Shown piece by piece: positions 19,857 through 28,962 of a stretch of DNA of 64,000 nucleotides (positions are counted from its first letter, which is position 1; each line of letters starts with the position of its first letter). Both the position numbers and the translations under genes were made by a program. The notes below the pieces were generated by a model. The model did not search any database. It saw only the letters and a list, made by a program, of their open reading frames with translations, and was not told the origin of the DNA. The DNA is from Acidimicrobiales bacterium (lineage in GTDB: Bacteria > Actinomycetota > Acidimicrobiia > Acidimicrobiales > DATDAH01): NCBI GenBank assembly GCA_041908445.1, contig JAYRFK010000110.1, positions 1,567-65,566 on the forward strand, given 5' to 3'.

Positions 19857-20549
19857 GTGTCGAGGGGACCGCTGGAGGGACTGGAGGCCATCGGTCGCCA
19901 GGACGTCACGGTTGCGTCCGGGCTGGCCCACCTCGAGATCTTCACGCTGCGAGGGCTGCTGACGATCCTCTGGCACGGCGACCGTGACGCCGAGTCGGTG
20001 GTCGTGCTCGGCGGCGGGGCCATGGGCGGCCTGCTCGGCCCGGCCGACGGGCTCTACCCGTACCTCGGCACGGAGCTCGCCACACCCGGCAGCGGGATCG
20101 GCGTGCTGCGGATCGGCTGGCGCAAGCCCAACGACCTCGACCGCTGCACCCACGACCTGCTGGCCGCGATCGACCTGGCCTCGCGGTCGGGCGCCCGGCG
20201 CGCGGTCACCGGTGGGCACAGCTTCGGCGGCGCCGTGGCGGTGCGGGCCGGCGTCGCCCTCGGCGAGCTCTGCGCCGGCGTGGTCACGTTCGCCACCCAG
20301 TCCGCCGGCTGCGAGGTGGTGCCGTCGCTGCAGGCGCCGCTGCTCGCCTTCCACGGCGACCGCGACGAGCTGCTGCCGCTCGCCGCGTCCGAGCTCGTGG
20401 CCGAGCACGCCGGCGGGGGCGGGGAGCTACGGGTGTGCGCCGGCGCCGGCCACCTCATGGCCGAGGCCGACGCCCGGCTCCGCGACGAGGTCCCCGCCTG
20501 GATCCGCGCCCGCCTCGCCGACGCCGTGTCGGGCGCCGACGAGGTCTAG
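19857..20549 (+). CDS. alpha/beta hydrolase (dienelactone-hydrolase-like)
   Basis: Nucleophile elbow GGHSFGG and a late HLMAE histidine region. The GTG start is uncertain. Confidence 0.6.
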   Translation: MSRGPLEGLEAIGRQDVTVASGLAHLEIFTLRGLLTILWHGDRDAESVVVLGGGAMGGLLGPADGLYPYLGTELATPGSGIGVLRIGWRKPNDLDRCTHDLLAAIDLASRSGARRAVTGGHSFGGAVAVRAGVALGELCAGVVTFATQSAGCEVVPSLQAPLLAFHGDRDELLPLAASELVAEHAGGGGELRVCAGAGHLMAEADARLRDEVPAWIRARLADAVSGADEV

Positions 20550-22045
20550 CGACCGGAGCGAACGGGGCGGCGATCGGGCGCCGGCGTGGGAGACGCCGCG
20601 CTGGCGGCGAGGCGGCGGCAGAGGGGTCGGAAGATCAGGGTGTGGAAGGGCAGGACGCCGTACCAGTAGAGGCGGCCCCACAGCCCCCGGGGGTGGAACA
20701 GCGCCCGCTGGTGCAGGATCGAGCCGCCCTCGCCGTCGTCCTCGACCCGCCACTCGAGCCACGCCTCGCCGGGGAGGCGCATCTCGGCCCGCAGGCGGAG
20801 CAGGCCCGGCGGCTCGTAGGCCTCCACCCGCCAGAAGTCGAGGGCGTCGCCCACCCGCAGGTCGTCGGGGTGGCGCCGGCCGCGGCGCAGCCCGATGCCG
20901 CCGACGGCGCGGTCCATCCAGCCCCGGATCGACCACAGCCAGTTGGCCACGTACCAGCCCCGCCGCCCGCCGATGCCGCTCACCGTGCGGAACACGGCGT
21001 CGGGAGGCGCCGGCGACCACGCCTGCTGGACGTCGGCGAACATGGTGCCGCCGGCCCAGTTGGGGTCGGAGGGGAGGGGGTCGGCCGGGGAGTGCCCCGG
21101 CAGGTCGGCGCCGGACCAACGGGTGTCGACCTCGAGGTGCTCGACGCGCTGGAGGGCCAGCGCCACCGCCTCCCGGAAGGACAAGCAGTCGTGGGGCAGC
21201 ACCTCCTCGATCGAGTGGTCGTGCACCACCACCTCGGCGCTCAGGCTCTCGACGAGGGGCTTGGCCAGGCCCGCGGGCAGCGGGGTGACCAGGCCGATCC
21301 AGTGCGACGACAGGCGCGGCGTCAGCACCGGCACCTGCACCACGAGGCGCCGGCGCAACCCGGCGATCTCGGCGTACACCCGCATCATGTCGAGGTAGGT
21401 GAGGACGTCGGGGCCGCCCACCTCGAGCACCCGGCCGGCGGCGGCGGGCTCGTCGATGGCGGCGACGAGGTAGTGGAGCATGTCCCGGATGGCGACCGGC
21501 TGGCAGCGGGTCCGCACCCACTTCGGCGTGACCATCGCCGGCAGCACCTCGACCAGGTTCCGCAGCATCTCGAACGAGGCGCTGCCCGACCCGATGATCA
21601 CCGCGGCCCGGAGCTCGGTGACCGGGACGGGCCCGTCGGCCAGCACCCGGCCCACCTCGTGGCGGCTGTCGAGATGCGACGACAGGCCGGGTTCGTCGTC
21701 GCCGAGGCCGCCGAGGTAGACGATGCGACCTACGCCGGCGTCGGCGGCGGCGTCCCGGAACATCTCGGCCGCGAGCCGGTCCTGCGCGGCGAAGTCGGCG
21801 GCAGCGCCCATCGAGTGCACGAGGTAGTAGGCGGCGTCGATGCCCTCGAGGGCGGCTCGGACCGCGGCGGCGTCGGTCACGTCGCCGGCGACGACCTCCA
21901 CGCGGTCGCGCCACGGCAGGTCGTCGAGCTTCGACGGCGTGCGGGCGAGGCAGCGCACGGTGTGGCCGGCGGCCAGTAGCGCGGGCACCAGGCGGCCCCC
22001 GATGTAGCCCGTCGCCCCCGTGACGAGGACCCGCTGCGCAGCCAT
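20546..22045 (-). CDS. NAD(P)-binding SDR/NmrA-like protein with C-terminal DUF2867-like domain
   Basis: RVLVTGATGYIGGRLVPALLAAGH Rossmann motif. GGAGG precedes ATG 22045. Confidence 0.75.
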   Translation of the reverse strand: MAAQRVLVTGATGYIGGRLVPALLAAGHTVRCLARTPSKLDDLPWRDRVEVVAGDVTDAAAVRAALEGIDAAYYLVHSMGAAADFAAQDRLAAEMFRDAAADAGVGRIVYLGGLGDDEPGLSSHLDSRHEVGRVLADGPVPVTELRAAVIIGSGSASFEMLRNLVEVLPAMVTPKWVRTRCQPVAIRDMLHYLVAAIDEPAAAGRVLEVGGPDVLTYLDMMRVYAEIAGLRRRLVVQVPVLTPRLSSHWIGLVTPLPAGLAKPLVESLSAEVVVHDHSIEEVLPHDCLSFREAVALALQRVEHLEVDTRWSGADLPGHSPADPLPSDPNWAGGTMFADVQQAWSPAPPDAVFRTVSGIGGRRGWYVANWLWSIRGWMDRAVGGIGLRRGRRHPDDLRVGDALDFWRVEAYEPPGLLRLRAEMRLPGEAWLEWRVEDDGEGGSILHQRALFHPRGLWGRLYWYGVLPFHTLIFRPLCRRLAASAASPTPAPDRRPVRSGR

Positions 22046-22201
22046 GCCTCCACCCTGCCCGCTCGGCGCCCGATCCACCCGGTCGGACGCCGGATTTCAC
22101 CCCGGCCGCCCTCTGCTCCTGGGTACTCCCCTGTCTCACCAGTGGGATGGGGAGCACCCGGAACGAGCGGTCGGGGAGGGGTGGGGTGGGGTGGACCGCT
22201 G

Positions 22202-24265
22202 CTACGAGAGGGCGAGGGTCGCCTGCGGGGCGAGGGTGGCGAGGTCGCTGGCCACGAGGCTGCTCTCCGAGAGCGTGTACAGGGTGTCGCCGACCACGAC
22301 CGCCCGGGCGAGGGCCGAGCCGTCGTCGTGGGTGACCCGGCCGACCTCGTCGATGCCGTCGGTGGCCACGTGAAACCCCACCGCCCCGTTGAACGACTCG
22401 GTCGGCCCCGGGCACGGGACCGGCTCGCCGGCGGGGCCGCTGCAGAACGCCTCGCCCCCGTAGGACTGGACGGGCAGCACCGCCAGGCCGGTCTCGGGCC
22501 AGTAGAGGAAGGCGTGGTGGTCGTACTCGGCGGCCGAGGAGGCGCCCGGGATGCTCACCTGCTGGAGGCGCTGGGGTGCCGCCGGGTCGGACACGTCGAA
22601 CAGGGACAGCTGGGTCCCGGTCGTCTGGCCGGTGGCGGTGGCGTCCTGGCCGATGCCGAGGAGCAGGTCGTCGCCGATCGGGTGGAGGTAGGCCGAGTAG
22701 CCGAGCAGCTCGAGCTCGCCGACCACGGCGGGCGCCGCCGGATCGCTGAGGTCGATGGTGTAGAGCGGGTCGGTCTGGCGGAAGGTGACGACGTAGCCGA
22801 CGTCGCCCGCGAACCGGACCGAGTAGATCTGCTCGCCCTCGCCGAGGCCGCCGACCTGGCCGAGCTCGGCGAGCTGGTCGCCGTCGGCCTGCAGGGTCGT
22901 GACGTAGCTCTCGCTCTCGTCGTCGTCGGTCGTGGCGACCCGCAGCACGGCGTCATCACCGCCGCCGTCGGTGGCGGGCGTCTCGGACATCGAGAACTGG
23001 TCGAGCAGTCGGCCCCGCACGAGGCCGGAGGTCTGGTAGGCGGCGGGGCCGTCGCCGGCGATGCCGAACCGGTGGATGGCGGTGTCCGGGCCACCCGGGG
23101 GCGCCGGGAAGTCGTTGGTCGGGTCGGTGGTGGTGTCGTCGACCTCGGGGTACTGCGTGGTCGCGACGTAGAGGTGCTCGGCGTTGGCGTAGACCTGCTC
23201 GCCGTCGGCCAGGACGCCCACGGCGTCGCCGGTGCCCAGGTCACCGGTCAGGTCGAAGGTCAGGACCGACAGCGTGCCGAAGCCCGCGAACTCGGCCGGC
23301 TCGTTCATGGCGTCGCAGGCCACGAGGGTGCCTTCGTCGACCACCGCCTCGTCGCTGCCGACCGGGTCGGCCACGTGCCGGTAACCCGGGAGCCAGTCCT
23401 CCAGGTCGGACTCCTCGATGACCCGCCGGTTGGTCTCTTCGGCGAGCTGCTCGGCCTCCTCGGTCGGCGTGCTCGGATAGACGAAGCCGAGCTGGTCGGG
23501 CTGGGAGCTGAGGACCACGCGGGCGGTGTCGCCGACGAGGCGGGCGTCGAGGATGGTGCCGTCGACCTCGAGGGTGTTCGTGACGGTCATGCGGTCGGGG
23601 CCGGCGAGGTCGACCTGCACGAGCGAGGTGGTGGTCTGCTCGGGGGCGAAGCCCGAGTCGACGGCCACGTCGCCCTCCATGGCGATGGGCGGGCCGTAGC
23701 CGTTGACCAGCACCAGGGCGGTGTCGCCGACGACGAGCAGCTGCTGGCCGTAGGCGTCGCCCGGCAGCTCGACCGAGCCGGCGTCGACGGGGGTGTCGCC
23801 CGTGAGGTCGATCCAGTGGAGCTCGCCGCCGGCCACGGCGAGGATGCGCTCGCCGTCGGCCTTCACCACGTCGGGCTCGTCGACCCCGGCTTCCTGCACG
23901 TTGGTGCCGGACACGTCGGCGGTGGTCGTGGGGGTCGTCTGGGGGCCGGCGGCGGCGTCGTCACCGGCGGCCGCACCGGACGTCGCCTCGGCGGTCGACG
24001 GCACCGCGAGGCCGTCCTCGGCGAGGTAGTACGGCGCGCCGCCGTCGAGCCCGTAGGGGCCCACCCGGGCGAGGGCCTCCTCCTGCAGGTCGGCGAGGAG
24101 CTGGTCGCAGTCGTCGACCGGCTGCAGCGCGGCGATGAGCTGGATGTCGCCGTCGATCCCGGTGGCCCGTTCGGCGGGCTGGACGCCGTCACCGGAGCTG
24201 CAGGCGGCGGCCAGCAGGAGGGTGGCGGTGGCGGCGGTGAGCAGTGGCGTGAGGTGGCGGCGCAT
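22202..24265 (-). CDS. secreted lipoprotein with beta-propeller domain (PF09826-like)
   Basis: Signal peptide plus lipobox LLLAAACSSG. The segment FRQTDPLYTIDLSDPAAPAVVGELELLGYSAYLHP is characteristic of the Beta_propel family. Confidence 0.7.
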   Translation of the reverse strand: MRRHLTPLLTAATATLLLAAACSSGDGVQPAERATGIDGDIQLIAALQPVDDCDQLLADLQEEALARVGPYGLDGGAPYYLAEDGLAVPSTAEATSGAAAGDDAAAGPQTTPTTTADVSGTNVQEAGVDEPDVVKADGERILAVAGGELHWIDLTGDTPVDAGSVELPGDAYGQQLLVVGDTALVLVNGYGPPIAMEGDVAVDSGFAPEQTTTSLVQVDLAGPDRMTVTNTLEVDGTILDARLVGDTARVVLSSQPDQLGFVYPSTPTEEAEQLAEETNRRVIEESDLEDWLPGYRHVADPVGSDEAVVDEGTLVACDAMNEPAEFAGFGTLSVLTFDLTGDLGTGDAVGVLADGEQVYANAEHLYVATTQYPEVDDTTTDPTNDFPAPPGGPDTAIHRFGIAGDGPAAYQTSGLVRGRLLDQFSMSETPATDGGGDDAVLRVATTDDDESESYVTTLQADGDQLAELGQVGGLGEGEQIYSVRFAGDVGYVVTFRQTDPLYTIDLSDPAAPAVVGELELLGYSAYLHPIGDDLLLGIGQDATATGQTTGTQLSLFDVSDPAAPQRLQQVSIPGASSAAEYDHHAFLYWPETGLAVLPVQSYGGEAFCSGPAGEPVPCPGPTESFNGAVGFHVATDGIDEVGRVTHDDGSALARAVVVGDTLYTLSESSLVASDLATLAPQATLALS

Positions 24266-24460
24266 CGGGGTGTCTCCGTGTCGTCGGTCACACCTACGAC
24301 GTGACGCCGTGACCGCCTGGTTCCCCCAGGCAGGAATTTCTTCGTCGCGCGGGACGTGCTGCCCAGGACCGGATGCGCCGGGGTGGGTGACGCGGCGGAG
24401 CGGAGCGCAGCCGCGAGGAAGGCGAATCGGATGGCGAAGCCGGCCCGACGGAGGAGGGCC

Positions 24461-25804
24461 CTAGCTGAGCGCGTCCAGGACCTCGCGGGCGGCCCGCTCC
24501 CCGGACTCGACCGCGCCGTCGAGGTACCCGGACCACTGGGTAGCGGTCTCGGTGCCGGCCCAGTGGATCGGGCCGATGGGCAGGCGCAGCGCCTTGCCGA
24601 ACTGGGTCCAGACGCCCGGCGGGCAGTGGGCGCCGTAGCAGCCCCGGGTCCACTCCTCGGCGGCCCAGTCCCGCTCGACGTACCCGGTCGGGTGGGCGGC
24701 CTCGGGGCCGAAGTAGCGCACCGCGCAGTCGACGAAGGCGGCCCGGCGGGCGGTGGGCGAGCGCCGCCCCCACTCGACGCCGTGGCGGCCCTCGAAGAAC
24801 CCCAGGAGGATGCCCTTGTCCGAGTGGGGCTGGGAGTTGTCGAACGTGACCGCCACCGGCCCCTCGTCGGACGCGGCCTGGCCGTTGAGGCCGGCGTCGC
24901 GCCAGAAGGGCCGCTCGTAGCTGAGCATGGCCTTGATCACGTAGCCGTGGGGGAGGCGCTGGGTGAGCAGGTCGCGCTCCGCGGGCAGTGCCGGTGCGTA
25001 GGCGATGCGACCCGCCAGCGTCGGCGGGATGGCGACGACGGCGCGGTGGGCCCGGTAGGCGCCGCCGTCGGTGTGGACCGTCACCCCGTCGCTCCCGTGG
25101 TCGAGGCGCCGCACCGGCTCGGACAGGCGCACGGCGTCGCCCAGCCCCTTGGCCAGCTCTTCGCTGACGAGGACCGTGCCGCCGACGACCCGGTCCTGCT
25201 GGGCGCCGCCGGTGGTGCCGATGAGGCGCTCGAGGCCCTGGCCGGACTCCAGGTAGAAGAGCGTGTGGAGCATCGAGAGGTTCTCGGGCTCGGTGGCGAA
25301 GACGGCCCGGCAGACGATCTCGTAGAAGGCCCGGGCGTCGTGGGTCTTGACCGTGCGGCGGATCCAGCTCGCGAAGGTCTGCTCGTCGAGGCGGTCGGCG
25401 TTGGGGGCGTTCCACGGGGCGTCGAGGGGGATGGCGTCACGCCACTTGTCGACCTGGCGCTGGGCTCGCAGCAACTCGGCGAGGGCGAGCGGGTTGAGCG
25501 GCGGGTTCTCGGAGGCGGAGACCTTGCGGGTGCCGCCCAGCTCGAACACGCCGGCGCCGTCGTCGTAGGTGGGGTGGGTGACGAGACCGAGCTCGGCGAT
25601 CAGGGCGTTGATGCGGTCCTGGCCGGGGCCGACCCACTGGCCGCCCACCTCGACGGTGACCCCGTCGACCTGGTCGTTCAGCGTCCGCCCGCCGACGCGG
25701 TCCCGGGCCTCGACCACGACCACCGAGCGGCCGGCGGCCTGGACCCGGCGCGCTGCGACGAGCCCGGCGACCCCCGCCCCCACGACGACCACGTCGGCGT
25801 CCAC
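24461..25804 (-). CDS. flavin-containing amine oxidase family protein
   Basis: MDADVVVVGAGVAGLVAARR FAD fold, EARDRVGGR, and C-terminal WAGTETA...GYLDGAVESG. Confidence 0.85.
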   Translation of the reverse strand: MDADVVVVGAGVAGLVAARRVQAAGRSVVVVEARDRVGGRTLNDQVDGVTVEVGGQWVGPGQDRINALIAELGLVTHPTYDDGAGVFELGGTRKVSASENPPLNPLALAELLRAQRQVDKWRDAIPLDAPWNAPNADRLDEQTFASWIRRTVKTHDARAFYEIVCRAVFATEPENLSMLHTLFYLESGQGLERLIGTTGGAQQDRVVGGTVLVSEELAKGLGDAVRLSEPVRRLDHGSDGVTVHTDGGAYRAHRAVVAIPPTLAGRIAYAPALPAERDLLTQRLPHGYVIKAMLSYERPFWRDAGLNGQAASDEGPVAVTFDNSQPHSDKGILLGFFEGRHGVEWGRRSPTARRAAFVDCAVRYFGPEAAHPTGYVERDWAAEEWTRGCYGAHCPPGVWTQFGKALRLPIGPIHWAGTETATQWSGYLDGAVESGERAAREVLDALS

Positions 25805-25858
25805 GCCCCCAGACTACGGGCCGACCCCGTGCACCTCCGGTTCTGCGGCCCGCCCCTG

Positions 25859-25903
25859 GGATTTCTTGGTGAGAAACCCCCGTATCGGGGGTTTCTCACC
25901 AAG
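25859..25903. repeat. family A palindromic element (copy 1, inverted relative to copies 2 and 3); probable leuCD terminator
   Basis: GGATTTCTTGGTGAGAAACCCCCG-TAT-CGGGGGTTTCTCACCAAG. Near-identical elements lie at 56619-56664 and 59611-59657. Confidence 0.85.
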
Positions 25904-26004
25904 ATCTGCAGCGGGTCGGGCGGGGCGACGTGGCGCAGCGGAGCGGAGCCGCGGGGAGTGCGAGCCGGATCGCCGAAGGCGCCCCGACGGAGGAGGGGCC
26001 AGTG

Positions 26005-26604
26005 TTACGCCTTGGGGAGGTAGCTCGGGCGGCGGGCCTCGTAGTCGTCGATGGCCGTCGCCGAGCGCAGGGTGATGCCGATGTCGTCGAGGCCCTGCAG
26101 GAAGCGCTCGCGGGTGGCGTCGTCGAGCGGGAACGACGCCTCGATGCCGAGTGCGGGCGCCGACACGGTTCGGCGGTCGACGTCGACGGTGATCTCCAGC
26201 GTCGGGTCGGCCTGCACGCCCTCGAGGAGCTGGCGACCGACCGCCTCGTCCACCTGCACCGGCACGAGGCCGTTCTTGGTGCAGTTGTTGCGGAAGATGT
26301 CGGCGAACCGGGGCGAGATCACGGCCTGGAAGCCGTAGTCCATGATCGCCCAGACCGCGTGCTCCCGGGACGAGCCGGTGCCGAAGTTGGGGCCGGCCAC
26401 GAGGATCGAGGCGCCGGCGTACTGCGGCTGGTTCATCACGAAGTCGCGGTCGTCGCGCCACTCCGAGAACAGGCCGGCGCCGAAGCCGGTGCGCTCGACC
26501 CGCTTGAGCCAGTCGCTGGGGATGATCTGGTCGGTGTCCACGTCGGACCGGTCCAGGGGGACGGCGGTACCGCTGACCACGGTGACGGATTCCATATCAG
26601 GCAC
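26005..26604 (-). CDS. leuD: 3-isopropylmalate dehydratase small subunit
   Basis: The sequence ([37 protein letters not shown]) is typical of LeuD. Its start overlaps the leuC stop. Confidence 0.93.
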   Translation of the reverse strand: MPDMESVTVVSGTAVPLDRSDVDTDQIIPSDWLKRVERTGFGAGLFSEWRDDRDFVMNQPQYAGASILVAGPNFGTGSSREHAVWAIMDYGFQAVISPRFADIFRNNCTKNGLVPVQVDEAVGRQLLEGVQADPTLEITVDVDRRTVSAPALGIEASFPLDDATRERFLQGLDDIGITLRSATAIDDYEARRPSYLPKA

Positions 26605-28030
26605 GCTCCTTCGGGCTGCCGCCCGGCAGGTCGTCGGGGGTGGCGAAGGTGCCGGCGATCGCGGTGGCGGCCGCCACCGCGGGGGACACGAGGTGGGTGC
26701 GACCGCCCCGGCCCTGCCGGCCCTCGAAGTTGCGGTTGCTGGTCGACGCCGCTCGCTCGCCGGGGGCGAGCTTGTCGGGGTTCATGGCCAGGCACATGGA
26801 GCAGCCGGGCTCGCGCCAGTCGAAGCCGGCCTCGATGAAGACCTTGTCGAGGCCCTCGGCCACCGCCTGGTCCTTGACCATGAACGAGCCGGGGACGACG
26901 AGCGTGCGCACGCCGGCCTTGACCTTGCGGCCCTCGACCACGGCGGCGGCGGCCCGCAGGTCCTCGATGCGGGAGTTGGTGCAGGAGCCGATGAAGACGG
27001 TGTCGACGGGCACCTCCTTCATCGGGGTGCCGGCGGTGAGGCCCATGTACTCGAGGGCCCGGGCCGCGGACTCGCGCTGGCTGGCCTCGGCGAACTGGTC
27101 GGGATCGGGGACGAGGCCGTCGATCGGCGTCACCTGCGCGGGGTTCGTGCCCCACGAGACGTGCGGCGAGATCGCGGCGGCGTCGAGGTCGACCTCCTTG
27201 TCGAAGGCGGCGCCGTCGTCGGTGGTCAGCGTGCGCCAGTCGGCCAGCGCCGCCTCCCAGTCGGCCCCCTTGGGGGCGAAGCGGCGGCCCTCGAGGTAGG
27301 CGAAGGTGGTGTCGTCGGGGGCGATGAGGCCGGCCTTGGCCCCCGCCTCGATCGACATGTTGCACACGGTCATGCGCCCCTCCATGGAGAGGCCGCGGAT
27401 GGCCGAGCCGCGGTACTCGATGACCGAGCCGATGCCGCCGCCGGTGCCGATGCGGCCGATGATGGCGAGGATCACGTCCTTGGCGGTGACGCCGGCGGGC
27501 AGCTCGCCCTCGACGTTGACGGCCATGGTGCCGGGCCGCTGCTGGGGCAGGGTCTGGGTGGCGAGGACGTGCTCGACCTCGCTGGTGCCGATGCCGAAGG
27601 CGAGGGCGCCGAAGGCCCCGTGGGTCGACGTGTGGCTGTCGCCGCAGACGATGGTCATGCCCGGCTGGGTGAGGCCCTGCTCGGGGCCGATCACGTGGAC
27701 GATGCCCTGGCCCGGGTCGCCCATCGGGTACTCGGTGATGCCGAACTCGGCGCAGTTGGCCCGCAGCACCTCGACCTGCTTGCGCGAGATCGGGTCGGCG
27801 ATGGGCTGGTCGATGTCGGCGGTGGGGACGTTGTGGTCCTCGGTGGCGATCGTCAGGTCGGGGCGGCGGACGGTGCGCCCGGCCATCCGGAGGCCGTCGA
27901 AGGCCTGCGGTGAGGTGACCTCGTGCACGAGGTGGAGGTCGATGTAGAGCAGGTCGGGCTCGCCCTCCCCCGAGTGGACCACGTGGCGGTCCCACACCTT
28001 CTCGCTCAGCGTCTTGGCGTCACCGGCCAT
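26597..28030 (-). CDS. leuC: 3-isopropylmalate dehydratase large subunit
   Basis: [40 protein letters not shown] and [11 protein letters not shown] aconitase-family motifs. Start chosen at MAGDAKTL. Confidence 0.93.
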   Translation of the reverse strand: MAGDAKTLSEKVWDRHVVHSGEGEPDLLYIDLHLVHEVTSPQAFDGLRMAGRTVRRPDLTIATEDHNVPTADIDQPIADPISRKQVEVLRANCAEFGITEYPMGDPGQGIVHVIGPEQGLTQPGMTIVCGDSHTSTHGAFGALAFGIGTSEVEHVLATQTLPQQRPGTMAVNVEGELPAGVTAKDVILAIIGRIGTGGGIGSVIEYRGSAIRGLSMEGRMTVCNMSIEAGAKAGLIAPDDTTFAYLEGRRFAPKGADWEAALADWRTLTTDDGAAFDKEVDLDAAAISPHVSWGTNPAQVTPIDGLVPDPDQFAEASQRESAARALEYMGLTAGTPMKEVPVDTVFIGSCTNSRIEDLRAAAAVVEGRKVKAGVRTLVVPGSFMVKDQAVAEGLDKVFIEAGFDWREPGCSMCLAMNPDKLAPGERAASTSNRNFEGRQGRGGRTHLVSPAVAAATAIAGTFATPDDLPGGSPKERA

Positions 28031-28071
28031 GCTTCGGCTCCTCGTCCCGCGGATCGGATCGTGTCGCTTGT

Positions 28072-28088
28072 GTCTCAAATAGTGAGAC
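28072..28088. promoter_or_regulatory. candidate operator in the leuC / IclR-regulator divergent intergenic region
   Basis: GTCTCA-AATAG-TGAGAC inverted repeat in the only AT-rich patch of the 72-bp intergenic region. Confidence 0.3.
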
Positions 28089-28102
28089 GGTAATCTTGCT
28101 TT

Positions 28103-28765
28103 GTGGGATCGAGTGTAAGCGGTGTGGGGACGTTCGACAAGGCCGTCGCCGTGCTCGACGCCCTGGCGGACGAGCCGCTGGCCCTCGCCGGCCTCGTCGA
28201 CGCCACAGGGCTCCCGCGGGCGACGGCCCACCGCCTCGCCACCGCGCTCGAGGCCCACGGCCTGGTGCGGCGCACCGAGGACGGCCGCTTCGCCCTCGGC
28301 CTGCGTCTCGTGGCGCTGGGGCGGGCCGCCGCCGACCAGCTACCGCTGGCCGACGTGGCCAGACCGGCGCTGGCCGAGCTCCGCGACGCCACCGAGGAGT
28401 CGGTGCAGCTCTACGTGCGCGACGGCGACCGCCGGGTCTGCGTCGCCGCCCTCGAGTCGCCCCACGGCCTGCGCACCATCGTGGCCATGGGCGCCGCCCT
28501 GCCCCTCGACCGCGGCTCGGCCGGCCGGGTCCTGCGCGGCGAGGATGGGGAGGGAGCCGACCATGGCTGGGTGGCGAGCGTCGCCGAGCGCGAGGCCGGC
28601 GTCGCCTCCGTGAGCGCGCCGGTCCGGGCGGCCGACGGCGCCGTCGTGGCCGCGGTCTCGGTGTCCGGGCCCATCGAGCGCACCGGCACCGACCCCGGCG
28701 CCCGCTACGGCGCCGCCGTCGTCCGCGCCGCGTCGGCGATCGAGGCCGCCGCCGGCCTCCGCTGA
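28103..28765 (+). CDS. IclR family transcriptional regulator (LtbR/NdgR-like, divergent from leuCD)
   Basis: N-terminal w[48 protein letters not shown] and a C-terminal IclR effector domain. The position next to leuCD matches LtbR/NdgR. Confidence 0.85.
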   Translation: MGSSVSGVGTFDKAVAVLDALADEPLALAGLVDATGLPRATAHRLATALEAHGLVRRTEDGRFALGLRLVALGRAAADQLPLADVARPALAELRDATEESVQLYVRDGDRRVCVAALESPHGLRTIVAMGAALPLDRGSAGRVLRGEDGEGADHGWVASVAEREAGVASVSAPVRAADGAVVAAVSVSGPIERTGTDPGARYGAAVVRAASAIEAAAGLR

Positions 28766-28775
28766 GCAATCCACC

Positions 28776-28925
28776 CGTTCCTCCAGCAAGAACGCGCGGT
28801 CGTGCCTTCCGTTTCTGCTGGAGGAATGGACGCTGAGGCGGGCGGGCGCCGCGCGGTCGCGTCCACCGTCCTCGTTCCTCCAGCAGATCCGCGCGGTCGT
28901 GCCTTCCGTTTCTGCTGGAGGAACG
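28776..28925. repeat. two copies (97-bp period) of an approx. 50-bp hairpin element (family D)
   Basis: CGTTCCTCCAGCA(A/G)(GAA/ATC)CGCGCGGTCGTGCCTTCCGTTTCTGCTGGAGGAA at 28776-28826 and 28873-28925. Arms TTCCTCCAGCA/TGCTGGAGGAA enclose a conserved loop. Confidence 0.8.
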
Positions 28926-28962
28926 GGCGGGGTGGGGGAGGTGGCGCCGCTACGGTGCGGGC

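Noticed and set aside
25814-26461. ORFs containing the recurrent peptide FLVRNPRIGGFSPR / GEKPPIRGFLTK (also in 25678..25902, 56570..56803, 56619.., 59454..59648, 59615..)
   Set aside because: The recurring peptide is the translation of the family A palindromic element in different frames and strands, not a protein motif.
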